This document shows, piece after piece, positions 41,009-54,978 of a stretch of DNA of 64,000 nt; positions within the stretch are counted from its first letter, which is position 1; every line of letters starts with the position of its first letter. Below the pieces are notes generated by a model. The model was not told the DNA's origin. It saw only the letters and a program-made list of their open reading frames with translations, and made no database searches. Origin of the DNA: Octopus vulgaris (Eukaryota); contig OX597818.1 of NCBI GenBank assembly GCA_951406725.2, positions 5,394,001 to 5,458,000 on the forward strand. The letters run 5' to 3'. Position numbers and translations under genes: made by a program.

Positions 41009-42269
41009 AATGTATGCACATATACCACGTCTACCCTTTCTGAAATATTTCCAACTAAATTTTTATATTTATAAAATATTTTGCTTTTAACATTTTCATA
41101 ATTCCATTTATGTTCTCAAAACATTTTGGCTTTCAATTGCAGTCGTAAACATATACTCATGTTAACAGCTACTGTCAACCGTTGCATGGAAACATCCTTA
41201 TTCCGTAGATTTTAAAGAGCAATATTTCCTAGCGATTTAATAAAGTAATTAATTTACATCACAAAATTAAGTAACTTTTGGATCAAGTTTAATGATGTGA
41301 ACTTCGAAGATTCTCACCGTGGCGACCTAATCGCCTAATTTCAAATTAGCAAATTTGATGAAAATTTCAATGCTCAAAAGTTCACAGTGAAATGTGCACT
41401 CGAGGAATGTAGAATCCCTGCAGGCTGTGAATAACTAGTTTATCAGTAATTAATTCATAATTCAAGAGCACAAGCCTATTTAGCATGAAGGAATAATTGC
41501 AGACATACATTTCAGCTAAATTCCCTCAATATTAATGACGCTAATATGACATTAACAGAAATCTATCGATTATCTTTCATCACGACTCCTTATATTCATT
41601 CAGCTACGAAATATTCGATTTATTACGCATCATAATCATGTTGATTGGCGATGAGGTCGTCGAGGGCAGCAGAGCCGAGAGTTACCATAATAATAACAAT
41701 AATAATGATTTCACGATTATACAAAAATCATTAGGCAATGGCAAAGATGTGACTTACCTAATAGCTAATTTAAAGAGTAGGTGAAATCTGTTTAAATTTT
41801 CATAGAAATAAATATTTTGTACACTTGCGATCAAAGTACACACACATACACGCACACACACACAAATACACACAAATGCACAACACACACACACAAATAC
41901 ACACAAATGCACAACACACACACATCAGTATTGTGGATATCACTAGAGAGAGCCTATAACACTGATTACGTCATATACAAAATAAAGCAAGAATTTTCGT
42001 ATGAAGACAAAAGAATGAAAAGCGAAAAGCTTTTAAAATTTCGACCTGAAAATAAATTCATTTACACATAAATAGTTCAATGATTCTCGCGTACATCAAG
42101 CTGTTTTGATACTTAAACAATGAATAACAGTTATACAGACACAGTGCAAAAATTATTCGAGGAGATATTTATTATCCATAAAAGCATACATTTGTAAACT
42201 ATGCATTTCATCAACATACCCGCTGAAATTCACACCGCATGCACAAACTGATATGATGTATATGCGTGT

Positions 42270-42313
<44 letters not shown>

Positions 42314-42694
42314 GACCAACATACACATACAATTATAAATTCGGCTTAAAATGAGTATATCAAAACATATCGACACATGAATATTTAAAAAGAATATTTA
42401 TAAAATAGAAATATATAAATTTATAAATATTTAAAAAATATTCGTCGATATGTCTTAATATATGTGTACGCATTTTAATTTATAACTGTATGGGTATGAC
42501 TGCCTAATTTGTGTTCATATCTTTATTCTTATCTTTTGTCTTGGGTTCAAACCTAGCGTTTCTTAAGCAGTTCTATGTTTTTCATAAGAAGATATAATAA
42601 CATAATATCACATACACACATACACACACACACATATATATATGGATAAAATGTTAACGGAGAAAATGCAAATATAATTTTATAAAAAACATTT

Positions 42695-42729
42695 CAGTAC
42701 CGGTTTCGGTCATTGAGACTTTTCAACTG
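42695..42729 (-). ncRNA. Minimal hammerhead, U3-A8 core variant
   Basis: Minus strand CAG-TTGAAAA-GTC(TCAAT)GAC-C-GAAA-CCGG-TA-CTG; palindromic stem III ACCGGT. Confidence 0.55.
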
Positions 42730-42799
42730 TAAGTATGGAAAACAATTAAATTTGGGAAAAATTAAATGAAAAGTATTTTAAAAGAATATTTGCATAGTA

Positions 42800-43303
42800 T
42801 TCGAATACAAGACTTCGCAAATATCCCCTTCGGTAAAACTACCAATAGAAGAGAATATGACCCAAAACTGCGTGTACTCCATCACATGCAGCTGTGGTAG
42901 GTTATACAAACGCGAAACATGCCGCCTCCTCAAAATAAGGGTAGAGGAACATCGCAAAGCTGTGACACGTGGAGATATTGATAAATCGGGTATAGTTGAT
43001 CATGTACGGAAAAATGGAGACCACCTCCTTCTGTGTAATGAACTTAAAATAATACAAAGAGAACACCACTAGAAAATACGAAAACTAATAGAAGCAACAC
43101 ATATGCAATGACACAACAACCTCCTAAGCACACCAAGTGCAGATATGAATAGCATATGGGAACCGGTATTAAGGAAGGATAGGAAAATATTAGATTTTTA
43201 CGCCCTAAAAATTCACTCCATAGTTGCACACAGTAGAGGTTACGTCGCGGGCTACTAACTTCAAGTATCCAAGTTCAATTCAAAGGCAGAGTCCTTAATA
43301 GTA

Positions 43304-43378
<75 letters not shown>

Positions 43379-43530
43379 GCATCGAAAAATACCTTAGGAA
43401 TGAGAACCCAGTTTCGAAATTTCCCTAAGACACCTGATGATGGGTGCAGGGAATATCAGACGAAACGTTGTGTTAACAACAAGCAAGATGAGGACAAATA
43501 TCCGTCAAATGCATATAATGTAAATAACGT
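42800..43530 (+). mobile_element. Penelope-like 3' fragment (GIY-YIG) with downstream HHR
   Basis: CVYSITCSCGRLYKRET..RVEEH is a degenerate GIY-YIG domain. Confidence 0.8.
43429..43474 (+). ncRNA. Minimal hammerhead with mutated stem II
   Basis: GACAC-CTGATGA-...-GAAA-CG-TT-GTGTT; palindromic AACGTT. Confidence 0.6.
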
Positions 43531-43554
43531 ATATTTGTTAAACAATAAAATATT

Positions 43555-43574
43555 CTATATGGCTTGTGTTAGTT

Positions 43575-43616
<42 letters not shown>

Positions 43617-43802
43617 AACTAACACAAGCCATATAGTGTTTACATACATATATATACATACATATATGTACTTACCTACATCTACATGTATATATACATG
43701 CATATATGGGTACAGGATATAGAAAAAACGTTGAACACAATGAGGAAACAAAACATAAAAACAAAAATATGAAAACGATCTTTTTTCAAACAATGAAAAA
43801 AC

Positions 43803-43874
<72 letters not shown>

Positions 43875-43932
43875 GGTCATTCGCACATACACACATACTA
43901 ATATAACATGCATGTATGCATGAGTGTGTATG

Positions 43933-43996
<64 letters not shown>

Positions 43997-44155
43997 CGTT
44001 TTTTCATTGTTTGAAAAAAAGATCGTTTTCATATTTTTGTTTTTATGTTTTGTTTTCTCATTGTGTTCAACGTTTTTTCTATATCCTGTACCCATATATG
44101 CATGTATATATACATGTAGATGTAGGTAAGTACATATATGTATGTATATATGCAT
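43555..44155. repeat. 82-bp perfect palindrome (43555-43636) plus ~155-bp inverted repeat (43650-43804 / 43996-44152)
   Basis: Direct reverse-complement comparison. Confidence 0.9.
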
Positions 44156-44529
44156 ATATTTATATATCTATCTCTCTCCCTCTCTTGTTCTTCATCATTT
44201 CTGGTTTTCACTCCCATCCTTCCCTATTCTTCTCCTCTCCCTTTCACCATTCCCTCTCTCTTACTCCTCCCCCTCAACTCTCTCGTCACTGACACGTGAC
44301 CAGAGGGAAGCCATCTTTCCAACTGCTATCTTCCTCGATACAAGACGGCTTATCCTGTCCGTCTCATAAGCTGTCTTCTTAATGCATTCAAATAATTTTT
44401 CAATAGTCTTGGCTTAACAGCCGTCATCGTTTGTTATTCTCCTTGTCCTGTCTTTTACTGTTTTTACTTTTATTTTTTTTAACTGCCTTGTTTTATTCTT
44501 ACTGTCCTGTTCTTGTTACCACTATTATC

Positions 44530-44830
44530 CCTCCGCAAAAAATGCCAAATTTTATTTCATTTGCTTTGCGGGAAGGGCTGTGTCAACGAAGTCGCGTCTT
44601 GTCCTTATATTCGTCACGCGGAGATACGAAACAGGACAAGTGAAGAAGGGGCTTATTCCTTGTGTTGTATGTTTTTTCGTTGTTTGAAAAAAGTTCGTTT
44701 CCATATTTTTGTTTTTATATTTTCGTTTTCATTGTGTTCAACGTTCTTTTATGCCCTGTACCAATATATGCATGTATATATACATGTAGATGTACGTATG
44801 TACATATATGTATGTATATATGCATATATT
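44530..44830 (+). repeat. Interspersed repeat family, also at 43996-44152 and 48786-49036 (minus)
   Basis: Shared TTTGCTTTGCRGGAA, ACAA(C/G)TGA(T/A)GAA.GG and CCTGTACC.ATATATGCAT blocks. Confidence 0.7.
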
Positions 44831-44884
44831 TATATAATATATTATTATATGATGGAACGCCACGCTTCCTTTTTCAAGTAACTT

Positions 44885-44975
<91 letters not shown>

Positions 44976-44976
44976 C

Positions 44977-45019
<43 letters not shown>

Positions 45020-45033
45020 CCTACCTGCCTCTG

Positions 45034-45119
<86 letters not shown>

Positions 45120-45695
45120 GACATTAACGAAGAATGATACTAGCATTTAATCTTTAGTTTTGATTTATATTACTTTCGCTCTCTTTCATTCTTTCCCGCA
45201 CCATACCATTCCTTTCTTTTCTCTCTGTCTTCTACTCACTCAGTCAGTACCCATATCTGTCTATCATGATGTCTGTCTTTCTCACTCTATATATTCCCCC
45301 GTGGACCATTTTCATACTAGCTAACCTCTTAATCTATTCCTTCAACATGAACGCAACATTCAATGCTACTGCCTGGATTATCTGGGATTATACCTAAGGA
45401 CATTTACCTTCACGGAAGTACGGACCAACCTCCATACCCTCTGGAAGAAGATGAGCTGTGAATTTTATTCTCCTGTCTATATTCTTCTATCTTTATTCTT
45501 GTATCTACTATTTTATTCCGTTATAAACTGTGAATTCCCTGTCTAGAAATTTCATACATACTCACTTTGTATCTGATGATGGAATAGCCATGGAGTATAT
45601 GGAGATGCTAACCTATCATTTGGGATATCCCAGATGCACAATAATTAGTTAATTATGAATTTCAAATTCACCTTAATCTCAATAAATATATGAAA

Positions 45696-48105
45696 TGACT
45701 TGAGAAACTAGTCCTGTCTTGGTCTTTGTTGTGCTTTTTTCTCTGATATGTAGCTGCTAAATCGGAAGCCTACAACGGATCCCTAACTTCAGCCTCAAGT
45801 GTGAACTTGGAACCTAACGGTTGATCAATTATAACGCTTACAAAACGTACCTATTCGTTTAGTTCGCCAGTGAACTAAACTCCTCATATTCTTTATCATT
45901 GCTCTTCAGAGCACTTGATATAATTATCGCTTAATAAGGACAAACAGCTCCTCAGCATATCCCTCAAGGACATACCCATTCCCTCTCAAAAAACGTTCCT
46001 CCTACTTTTACTGAGCAAAACTTCTGACATTATTAGAAGGATGAGATGGAGCGCATCCTTGTACGATAACAAACACAAACTCGATGATAGTAGCATTAAT
46101 AAATATAAACCGAAGATGCTAAAAAATCCTCCTCACAATCCTCAGCTAGATAAATTCGAAGCTGACATCCTTAGTGTGATCAAAAACTTAAAATTCTCTA
46201 AACGTATATCTTCATCCCAACAACAGATTTCTAAAACAATAACACTGATTACATCATCACCCAAAATGTACTTCTGCTCCGATAAAACTGGAAATATATA
46301 TTCACTTGCTATTGAGAAATACATTGCTTTATTAGGAAGGAATTATACAAGTACTACAAGATAGTCTCGATGTCCGCCCAGGATACCATTAATATCAACT
46401 ACCGTAAACTACTGAACGAACTTGAAGTAGACGTTTGCACCGGGCCCTATATCCCAAGAGCTCTCCATTTCAATCTTAAATACCCCAAAGCGGATTTCAT
46501 AACCAAACCTTCTATTGTAGCGGGTTATAGAGGCTCTATAAGGCTTTATAAGGCCCTACCAGATCGGACTTAGGACGAATCAGTAAGAATATACTAGATA
46601 ATATACCTATAGCTACAAAAATATTAGGCGTGAACTTACGGTCCTGCATAGGTGAGGTTATAACCTGTTGTCACATCCTTGGAAACAAAAACACCTCATT
46701 TCTACAATTTGAAATCAAGAACTACTATCATTTATCCCCTATCTTCCAACCTGAGCTCCTTAGAAATATACGTAATTCTAACTTCCAGAAAGACACTCTT
46801 CACCTTCGATGATAAGCTTTGGTGTCAAGCTACTCTAAATAATAATAATAATAGTAAACATTTCTTCGATATAAGCATAGGTTCCTCTGATTCCACTCAG
46901 GTCACGGTTCTTGTCGCACTATACAACCTATAGCGACTCCGCATGTATTTCCCTAACACTACGGGTAGGGTGTTAAGGGTACGGTGCATTGGTGGTTACT
47001 ACGGATCTATCTAGGTCTGCGTTAGAGAAGACTAGAAAAGATTTACATAAATTTTTGCTAATTTTAATTTATCTATCACTTTTGTTAACACTTACAAAAC
47101 AGTTAATTTTCTAGATGTTACTTTAGATTTAAAATCATCGGTATATTTCCCTACCATAAACCTAATCAGTACCTAAGATACATTAGCATAAATTCTAATC
47201 ACCCTAATTCTACCTTCGATAGTCTAATCAAAGACATATCTATCCAGATATCCGATCATTTAGCCACAAAGGAAATCTTCAATAGCCACACTAAATACCA
47301 GGCGTTAGCTGCTAGCGGCTTCTCCTAGCAAATTAAATTCTTAGCAAAGACTAGGCTTAAAAACACTTCTCTAAACTCAGTCTCAGTGGGCCATGCCCCA
47401 CTATTGGACACACAAACACTCCTACTATAGTCAGACGCTAGAACCTAGAAGAACTACGAGTGGGATGCTTTCGACCGCCATGCGCTCACCCCTATAACAC
47501 TCGATCGAAACTCAACCTCTAACAAACCGCAACTCTCCTCCAACAAATTATATACATTATACTTCAACTATATTGCCTGTACTCTTTAAACGTTAAAGCT
47601 TAGCTAAAACCTTTTTTGCAATTGTAGACTTATCTTCCCACATCACCATAAATACAATTCACTCTTCAACAGATCTACATGGAAATAATTCTACTCTTCT
47701 ACGATCAATATAGAATCTATTGTTATCCCATTTAGTAAGCGTAAACTTAATTCCTACTACATAAATACCATAATTCCTACTACATAAATAACGCCTATAT
47801 ATGCGGAGAAGTAAATATATATATAACCATACCATAGGTATGCAGCGGCAACACTACCACCGACCATGAAGCATATACCAGACCTTACTATTAATAATCT
47901 AAATAATCTGACTTGAAAAACTCGTCCTGCCTTGGCTTTTGTTGTCCTTTTCCCTCTAGCATATACCCGCTAATTTGGAAGCCTACAACGGATCCCTAGC
48001 TCCAGCGTCAGGTGTGAAATTGGAACCTAACGTTTGGCCAATTCCAACACATCCACTGCGTACCTATTCATTTAGATCGCCAGTGAAATAAACACCTTAT
48101 ATTCT
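45696..48105 (+). mobile_element. Decayed Penelope-like element with ~197-bp direct repeats (pseudo-LTRs)
   Basis: IPIPS..IIRRMRW, SDKTGNIY, FDISIGSSDS..LVALY, VNFLDVTLDL, SNHP. Repeats at 45696-45892 and 47909-48105. Confidence 0.85.
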
Positions 48106-48670
48106 ATATACATATATATGTGTGCGTGTGTGTGTGTGTGTGCATGTGTGTGTGTGTGCATGTGTGTGTGTGCATGTGTGTGTGTGTGTGTGTGTGGATC
48201 AGAATAAGAGTTATTGATAAGGGATTAGTGAGGGAAAAATTCGAAAGTTCTCTTCTGTTAGAAACACACCAGACAAACAAAAGTTTTAGTGATTGCCGTG
48301 GAACTCCAGGTAATACGAAGACGAGATCTAAAGTCGATGTCCATTACCAGTCGACTTTATAAACGCCTCCATTACTAATGTGATATGGGATGTTTTCACA
48401 GAGGGATATATAAGAAAAGCATAAATAATGGAATTTCTGCATTTATTTATGCATTATAGACTTACACATTTTTCTGATAGACGTTTGGGTACTTTCATGG
48501 TTCAGTTTACTAAATCGATCGCTTCATCAATTGAAACTGCAGTAAACGACTGTTAGAATGCTCTCCTCTTCATAGACCAACACATCAGTTGCATATCAGA
48601 AGTAATTGTCTATGAAGGCTTTCCATATATGTATGTGTGTATATATATATATATATGAATATATATATGA

Positions 48671-48763
<93 letters not shown>

Positions 48764-49067
48764 GTACATACTTACATATATATGTACATACATATGCATA
48801 TATGGGTACAGGCAGTCATAAAACGTAAACAAGGTGTAATACGAAATACGAAAACATGGAATACGAACTTTTTGGCGAACAAAGAAACAAATGAAAAACA
48901 AGACAAGTAACATAAAAACGACCTTTCATCAGTTGTAGGCTGTTTATCTACTCCACATTTCGAGAAATTACGACACGATGTCTCTTCGAGAAAACAGTTG
49001 TTCCTGCAAAGCAAAATAAATTTGGGGTTTGCAGAGAGCTAAATTTGGTAATAAAAAGAGGACAGGA

Positions 49068-49238
49068 GGCGCAGGAATGGCTGTGTGGTAAGTAGCTTGC
49101 TTACCAACCACATGGTTCCGGGTTCAGTCTCACTGCGTGACATCTTGGGCAACTGTCTTATGCTATAGCCCCGGGCCGACCAATGATTTGTGAGTGGATT
49201 TGGTAGACGGAAACTGAAAGAAGCCCGTCGTATATATG

Positions 49239-49273
<35 letters not shown>

Positions 49274-49475
49274 ACGTGTTTGTGTGTCTGTGTTTGTCCC
49301 CCTAGCATTGCTTGACAACCGATGCTGGTGTGTTTACGTCCCCGTCACTTAGCGGTTCGGCAAAAGAGACCGATAGAATAAGTACTGGGCTTACAAAGAA
49401 TAAGTCCCGGGGTCGATTTGCTCGTCTAAAGGCGGTGCTCCAGCATGGCCGCAGTCAAATGACTGAAACAAGTAG
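49068..49475 (+). mobile_element. Full-length tRNA-derived SINE
   Basis: tRNA-like head, internal (TA)/(TG) tract and conserved tail; several copies in the window. Confidence 0.88.
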
Positions 49476-49829
49476 TATAAGAGAGTAGTATAAGAGAGTT
49501 ACAAACAGTAACTCCCTTTGTATGTCCCCTTCTTCCCCTTTCGTTTTTTTCTCTCATCTTTTCTCTACTTCTTTTCCTTTCCCCTTCACTGTTCTCTATC
49601 TGTCCCTCTCTCCTTCTCACTCTTCCCCCTTTACGCTTTCGTTGCCAACACGATGACAATCTGCCATCTTTCTTTTCCTAACTTGAGCTTTTTCTTTCGT
49701 TTTGATCTGCCACACAGATCACACGCATTCTTGTCTATCTCCTCTCCTCTTTTCTCCTGTCAAAGCTTGTTCCTCCAGCGTTCGCCACCTCATCTCATTA
49801 TCTGTTAGCAGTCCTTATTGTTTGCCTTT

Positions 49830-50445
49830 ACTGTCCTGTTTGTCCTGTTTTTGTTATCAACGAAAACAGCCGAAATGTTTGGGGTATCAAGAAGTACTGT
49901 CTCGAAAGTAAAGACAGCCTTTGAGAAAACAGGAAAAAAACCTTCTCGTCGAAACAAAACTCCAGAAGACAACCAAAACATTCAGACAGGAATTGTTAGA
50001 AAGGATCACAAAAGTACAGCTCCCAAAATCACTGCAGAGCTTAATAACCACATCGAGATCCCAGTTCGGGAGTTCTCGACGGGAGCTCCCCAAAGTCGGA
50101 TTTCACGCTTGCGTTGCAAAAACCACTACTTTCAAAAACAAAGCGTTTAGAGGGGAGTAAAAACCTATAGAATTGGTCCCTAGAGCAGTGGAAGAATGTA
50201 ATTTTCTCGGACGAGTCATCCTTTACCTTATTTCCGACCACCGGCCGAATATACGTGTAGAGATATCCGAAAGAAGCATTTGGCCCAGACTGCCTTCTTC
50301 CAACTGTTAAACAAGGGGGAGGATCTGTGATAATCTGGGGGTGGATACATCTTGGAAATCCGCCGGCGCGATGGTTTACCTTCAGGGCAGAATTAATAGC
50401 CAAGACTCTCTAAGCATTTTATCTGATCAAATTCATCCTATGGTA
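49830..50445 (+). mobile_element. Tc1-like transposase fragment
   Basis: AEMFGVSRSTVSKV (HTH), WKNVIFSDES, TVKQGGGSVIIWG. Confidence 0.85.
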
Positions 50446-51076
50446 AAAGGAAAATGTAGGGCATACAAAAATGACATACATCAGCCGGTAGACAATATTT
50501 CCCCGATAGATAGATATTTTACATTTTTATTTTCTATTTTTATACGTTTGCAATAACTTATTTTTTCTTATGCTGTCCCTTAGATCATATCCCCTTAGTT
50601 ATATTGCTTTAGTTATCACACTCACACGCATACTCATTTATTTAATTTATTTTCTTGTCTAAATTCAATTTAATTTAATCAAGTTTAAATGTTATTTTGC
50701 TCTCCGACTTGCCCATAGTAGCCACGGGTTTTTTATCCTTTTATTCTTTAATTTATTTACTTATTTTAAAAAAAATTTGTTTTTGTGTTATCTGTTTGCC
50801 ATCAAAGAACCGGAACTGCGTCAGTTCCCACCCCACCCCCAAAATAGCTGACCAATTAGGTTGCAAGACTGACCGTAACCACTGCTTACAAGGATTCAGG
50901 GACTTTTGATCGAGAAAATAACGAACACGAACACCTGATATATATTTTTGTAGCACAGAGTCTTTGCATTTGTATGTATTCTTATAACACTCCCTTTTGT
51001 TTTGGAATAAATAGGTATAATAGAAAGTGTACCGACTGACGTGTCATTTTGGTATCCCCTCCATCGTCTTTTTGCC

Positions 51077-51109
<33 letters not shown>

Positions 51110-51114
<5 letters not shown>

Positions 51115-51570
51115 TGGCTGCCCCCCCGTTATCGAGTATGGTCATTACACGAAGCTTAACTGTTACTGGTGCTGTGATCGAATTTGACTTTTTAACCCAG
51201 CTAAAGATCTACAATGTCTAGTTCAGAATTGGCAACTAAAACCATACCGGTAATAGCCGGCTGTAGTTGTAACGGAGCTTCATGTACCTTCGCATGTCGT
51301 TTAAGTCATCCTGCCGAATTACACTCTCTTCCACATGCCCGACAGGTATGATTAGTATAGTGTGTTACACCACCACTAGTGGCCAGGTTGTCCCTCATCT
51401 GCCTCGCTTTATGACTACGAAGAAGACTCTTGAGTCCAGCTTTACTGAGGCAGGGTCTTGCACAGACACTGCATGTCAGCATCATAGGAAAACCCTTCCC
51501 ATCTGGAAGTGTAACAGCGATGCCTTTGCTGGCATCCCTCCTTACTTTCTCATGTGCAACTCGAGATTTC
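51110..51570 (-). mobile_element. RTE-like LINE 3' end (zinc-finger tail)
   Basis: CSVCARPCLSKAGLKSLLRSH and CRACGRECNSAG. Confidence 0.65.
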
Positions 51571-54500
51571 TCAATATATACATATATATATATATATATA
51601 TACATACATACAGTGAGTGTGTGTGTGTTTAGTTGTGTGTGGGCTTGTGTGTGAATGTACATATTCACATATTTCATATTGCCATATTCAACTTGTTTGT
51701 AGGACTGAGCACGAAAATGATTTTATAATGTTGTTTTAAACTGAAATATTTCTCTGGAAATATTACTCTGGATTCAGTTATGTTTCAAAATTAATGTCTA
51801 TATGTTGGTTTCAGATTAGAATGGAAGGTGAGAAGATCACTATTAGAAGGGAAGCTGAGAATATTTTTATCATGAATAAAATACAAAACAAGAAAAGAAA
51901 CAAAAAGACAACCCCTCAGAAACGGACAAGGAAAATGTGCAACAGTTAAATGGATAATTCTGTTTGAATTGAGTACACACTTAATTGCATTCCTTTGGGA
52001 ATCATTAATACTGGTGAAAAACAATTAATACATGGAGTAAGAGAGAACGAAATGAAAAGGGCTATTATCGCAATCAATTATCATGAGTAAATTGTTGTAT
52101 AAAAATAGTCTATAATTCATATATATATAAAGATAGATGTTTGTTTCTGTGTGTGTGTACGTGTGTGCCAGTGTGCGCGCGCGTGTGTATATGTTTCTAT
52201 GTATGTATATCCTATAATCATGATTCATGTGTTTCTTTTCAATTTCAGTTTCATTTTTTAATTTTTGTAAAGTTGAAGGGTTGATTTCTCTTTCACCATG
52301 ACTGTGTAATTAATTCACGATTTGTGAGAAGAGGTTACAGGTAAAGTATCTAAAGAAGTCCTAATACAATTGATTGAAATCTCATAGCTTGTAACCAATA
52401 GCACATAGCCAGGTAATGTCCCAAACTGATGATTTTGTTTTTTGCTGTGGAATTTTATCTCCCACCCTGTAGTTGAAATTTGTGTGCTATTGTTGCACAT
52501 ATATATGTGCCGCTATATCATTTCGTTATTTAAGAAAATCCTGGCTGGAATATCTAAATATAACAAGTTCGTGTAAAGTACGTGATATATAATTTTGGCC
52601 ATACATGGCTAGAGTTGCTCATTGATTATTAGACAAGTAGATAAATATAAAAATTGAAGCAGCAATAAATCCAATACGAAAATTTGTTATTTCGCTAATT
52701 GTATCTAAATATACAGAAATCAAATATGGACATACTGTTAATGTTTCATGACTTAGGTTTCGCTTGAACGTAAATTGGTGAAAAGTCTAGGTGAAAACAG
52801 CTAGTATGGTAACTATAAGGAGTTTTTTTTGCAATATGCAAGAGAAATAAATACACGCTAAATAACTGACGATCAGTGACGGAGGCTCCTATTGATTCAA
52901 AATGTGTTATCTTGAACACTTTTAACAAAAGAAACGTTCAACTTGCCGGATCATTTGAAAAAAAAAGAAGACCGTAAGACTTTGAGGACAAAAATTATAA
53001 CCAATGTAAGGAATTAAAAGCTTCATGGTTAACCTCAGATTTTTCGTATTGATGGTGACACTAGATATTTAGAAATTGCAGCCGTTATATGGTATTCAAC
53101 TTCATAAAGATTATGATGAACAGTTTTAGTTAAAAAATGGTTAGAAAAATGGTAACTTTGCTGTTCTGTCAGTTTTACCCCTATAGTTTGATGGATTTCG
53201 ACAATATGTTTCCCCATTCTGCAGTCCCTTTCTTTGAGCTTTGCATTTCATGTAGGATTATACTTTCTAGAACTAGTTTTACTTTGGTTTTGGAATGCCA
53301 ACATGTTATTAATGACTGTACTCACACTATGTAGCAGTTGAACGACAAAGGATCCAATCATTCGCTCTCCAATAAGTTATACCCCAATGGCGGATTCCCA
53401 GATGCGTTCCTAGCTCTTTAGCAATTCTCAGTAGGATATACCGATGAAAAATAACATCAACTGATCCTAAAGCCGTACGTTTATATATTAATTGTCAATA
53501 TTAATAACTTAGTTGCATTCGCGAACCACCCAGCCGGAATTAAGTGAATGGTATAAGCGGTAAGCAATGATGAAAAATAAAAGAGTTTTAGATTAGTTAA
53601 AATATGTTACTGAAATATTTCAAATTCTAAGACCAAGTTCACTGCAGTTACCAAGGAGATGCTGCTCGAATTATCTGTTTGGTGTCTCTACCTCTGGAAG
53701 GCCAAATAAGCAGAAATGAACGTGGGAGTTCGCTAGAGGACGATACTGAGCAGATATTGTGTTTTTAACCTACTAACCATAAGTTTTCTTTCTCCATGAA
53801 TATGTTTTTAGAATATGAAATATGTGACAATAACACAAATATCAATGTATGTATGTATGTATGCAAGTATGTATGTATGTAAGCATGTATGTATGTATGT
53901 ATGAACATATGTATGTATATCTATTTTATGTATGTATATATGTATATATAAATATATATACACATACATAATAGTGTATAAGAACTTATTCATAGAGAGA
54001 AGCCCACCATGTGAACTCCATACATGCTAGATAGGGTAGTTAAAACTCAAACCATGGAAAAAACATTCTTATTGTACTTTTCTTCTAAGTGAACAGGACA
54101 CTCGAATGAATAAAAAATCTCAGTTCAATCTATATCCCTTTATAAATACTAATGCGCTGTTATATATAAAAACATTTATGTCATCTGATTTTTATTACGC
54201 ATGCTAACCACTGGTATAAATTATTAATTTAATAATTTTAACCCAATATTTATATAAGCGCTACTAATACTTTCATATATAAACTATGTACATGTTTTAA
54301 AGTACGATACAATTCGTCGTGATAAATAAATTTTCTTATTATTAAAATTTCTTCATACTATCTCCTTGTCATTTATGACTTCATATATATATTAAAATTG
54401 CATGATAGATTGCCGTCATTTCATTCTTTCTTTCTTACCTGTCTGTGTTTGCCTTTCAAGTGCTGTGTTTTTACTGAGATCCCCCTTTTAGTAGAAGGAA

Positions 54501-54886
54501 TAGCTATATCTCTTTGACTGCTATTTCTAAATTCGGTGTGTTGGTGAGGCAATTCGTTGCTAAACCCTTAATTACTTAGTATTACTTAAATTTTCCTCGA
54601 ATGGGGCTTTTACATGCCGAAATCTACTTGGTGTAATTGATAATTATCCCTAATTAATTAATTTCACCCTTTATTATTATTACTGATAACCATATTTTAT
54701 CCCAGTGAATGACCGCAGCATTTTGTCTTGGCTACACGCGGGTGGAAGGGGGCTGGTGACACAAACTTTCATTCAAACTTTGAATTTCGTGGTACTGGTC
54801 ATGCTTTGGCTCGCTCTGACACTGAGTTGAGATGATGCATTCTAGTATCTCAAAATTTAATATACCATTATTCATAATTGTCGTAT

Positions 54887-54978
54887 CCTGCGCCGATGAG
54901 AGAAGAAGTTTGGGTAAAGTAGAATTTTCTAATTCTTATGCTATCCTAAAACTTGATCTCGAAACGTACGTCCGTAGG
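54887..54978 (+). ncRNA. Type I hammerhead ribozyme, unit 1
   Basis: CCTGCG-CCGATGA-GAGA[long hairpin]TCTC-GAAA-CGTACG-TC-CGTAGG. GUC triplet; predicted cut after 54972. Confidence 0.88.

Noticed and set aside
44570-44650. HHR-like pieces (TTGTCCT/AGGACAA with GTGAAGA; CTGATGA at about 48926-48932, minus)
   Set aside because: Could not assemble a consistent three-way junction.
45568-45635. CTGATGA followed by a possible stem II
   Set aside because: The GAAA/stem III half is missing.
52240-53450. Possible host exon or Tc1-like relic
   Set aside because: Stops in all inspected frames and no convincing domain.
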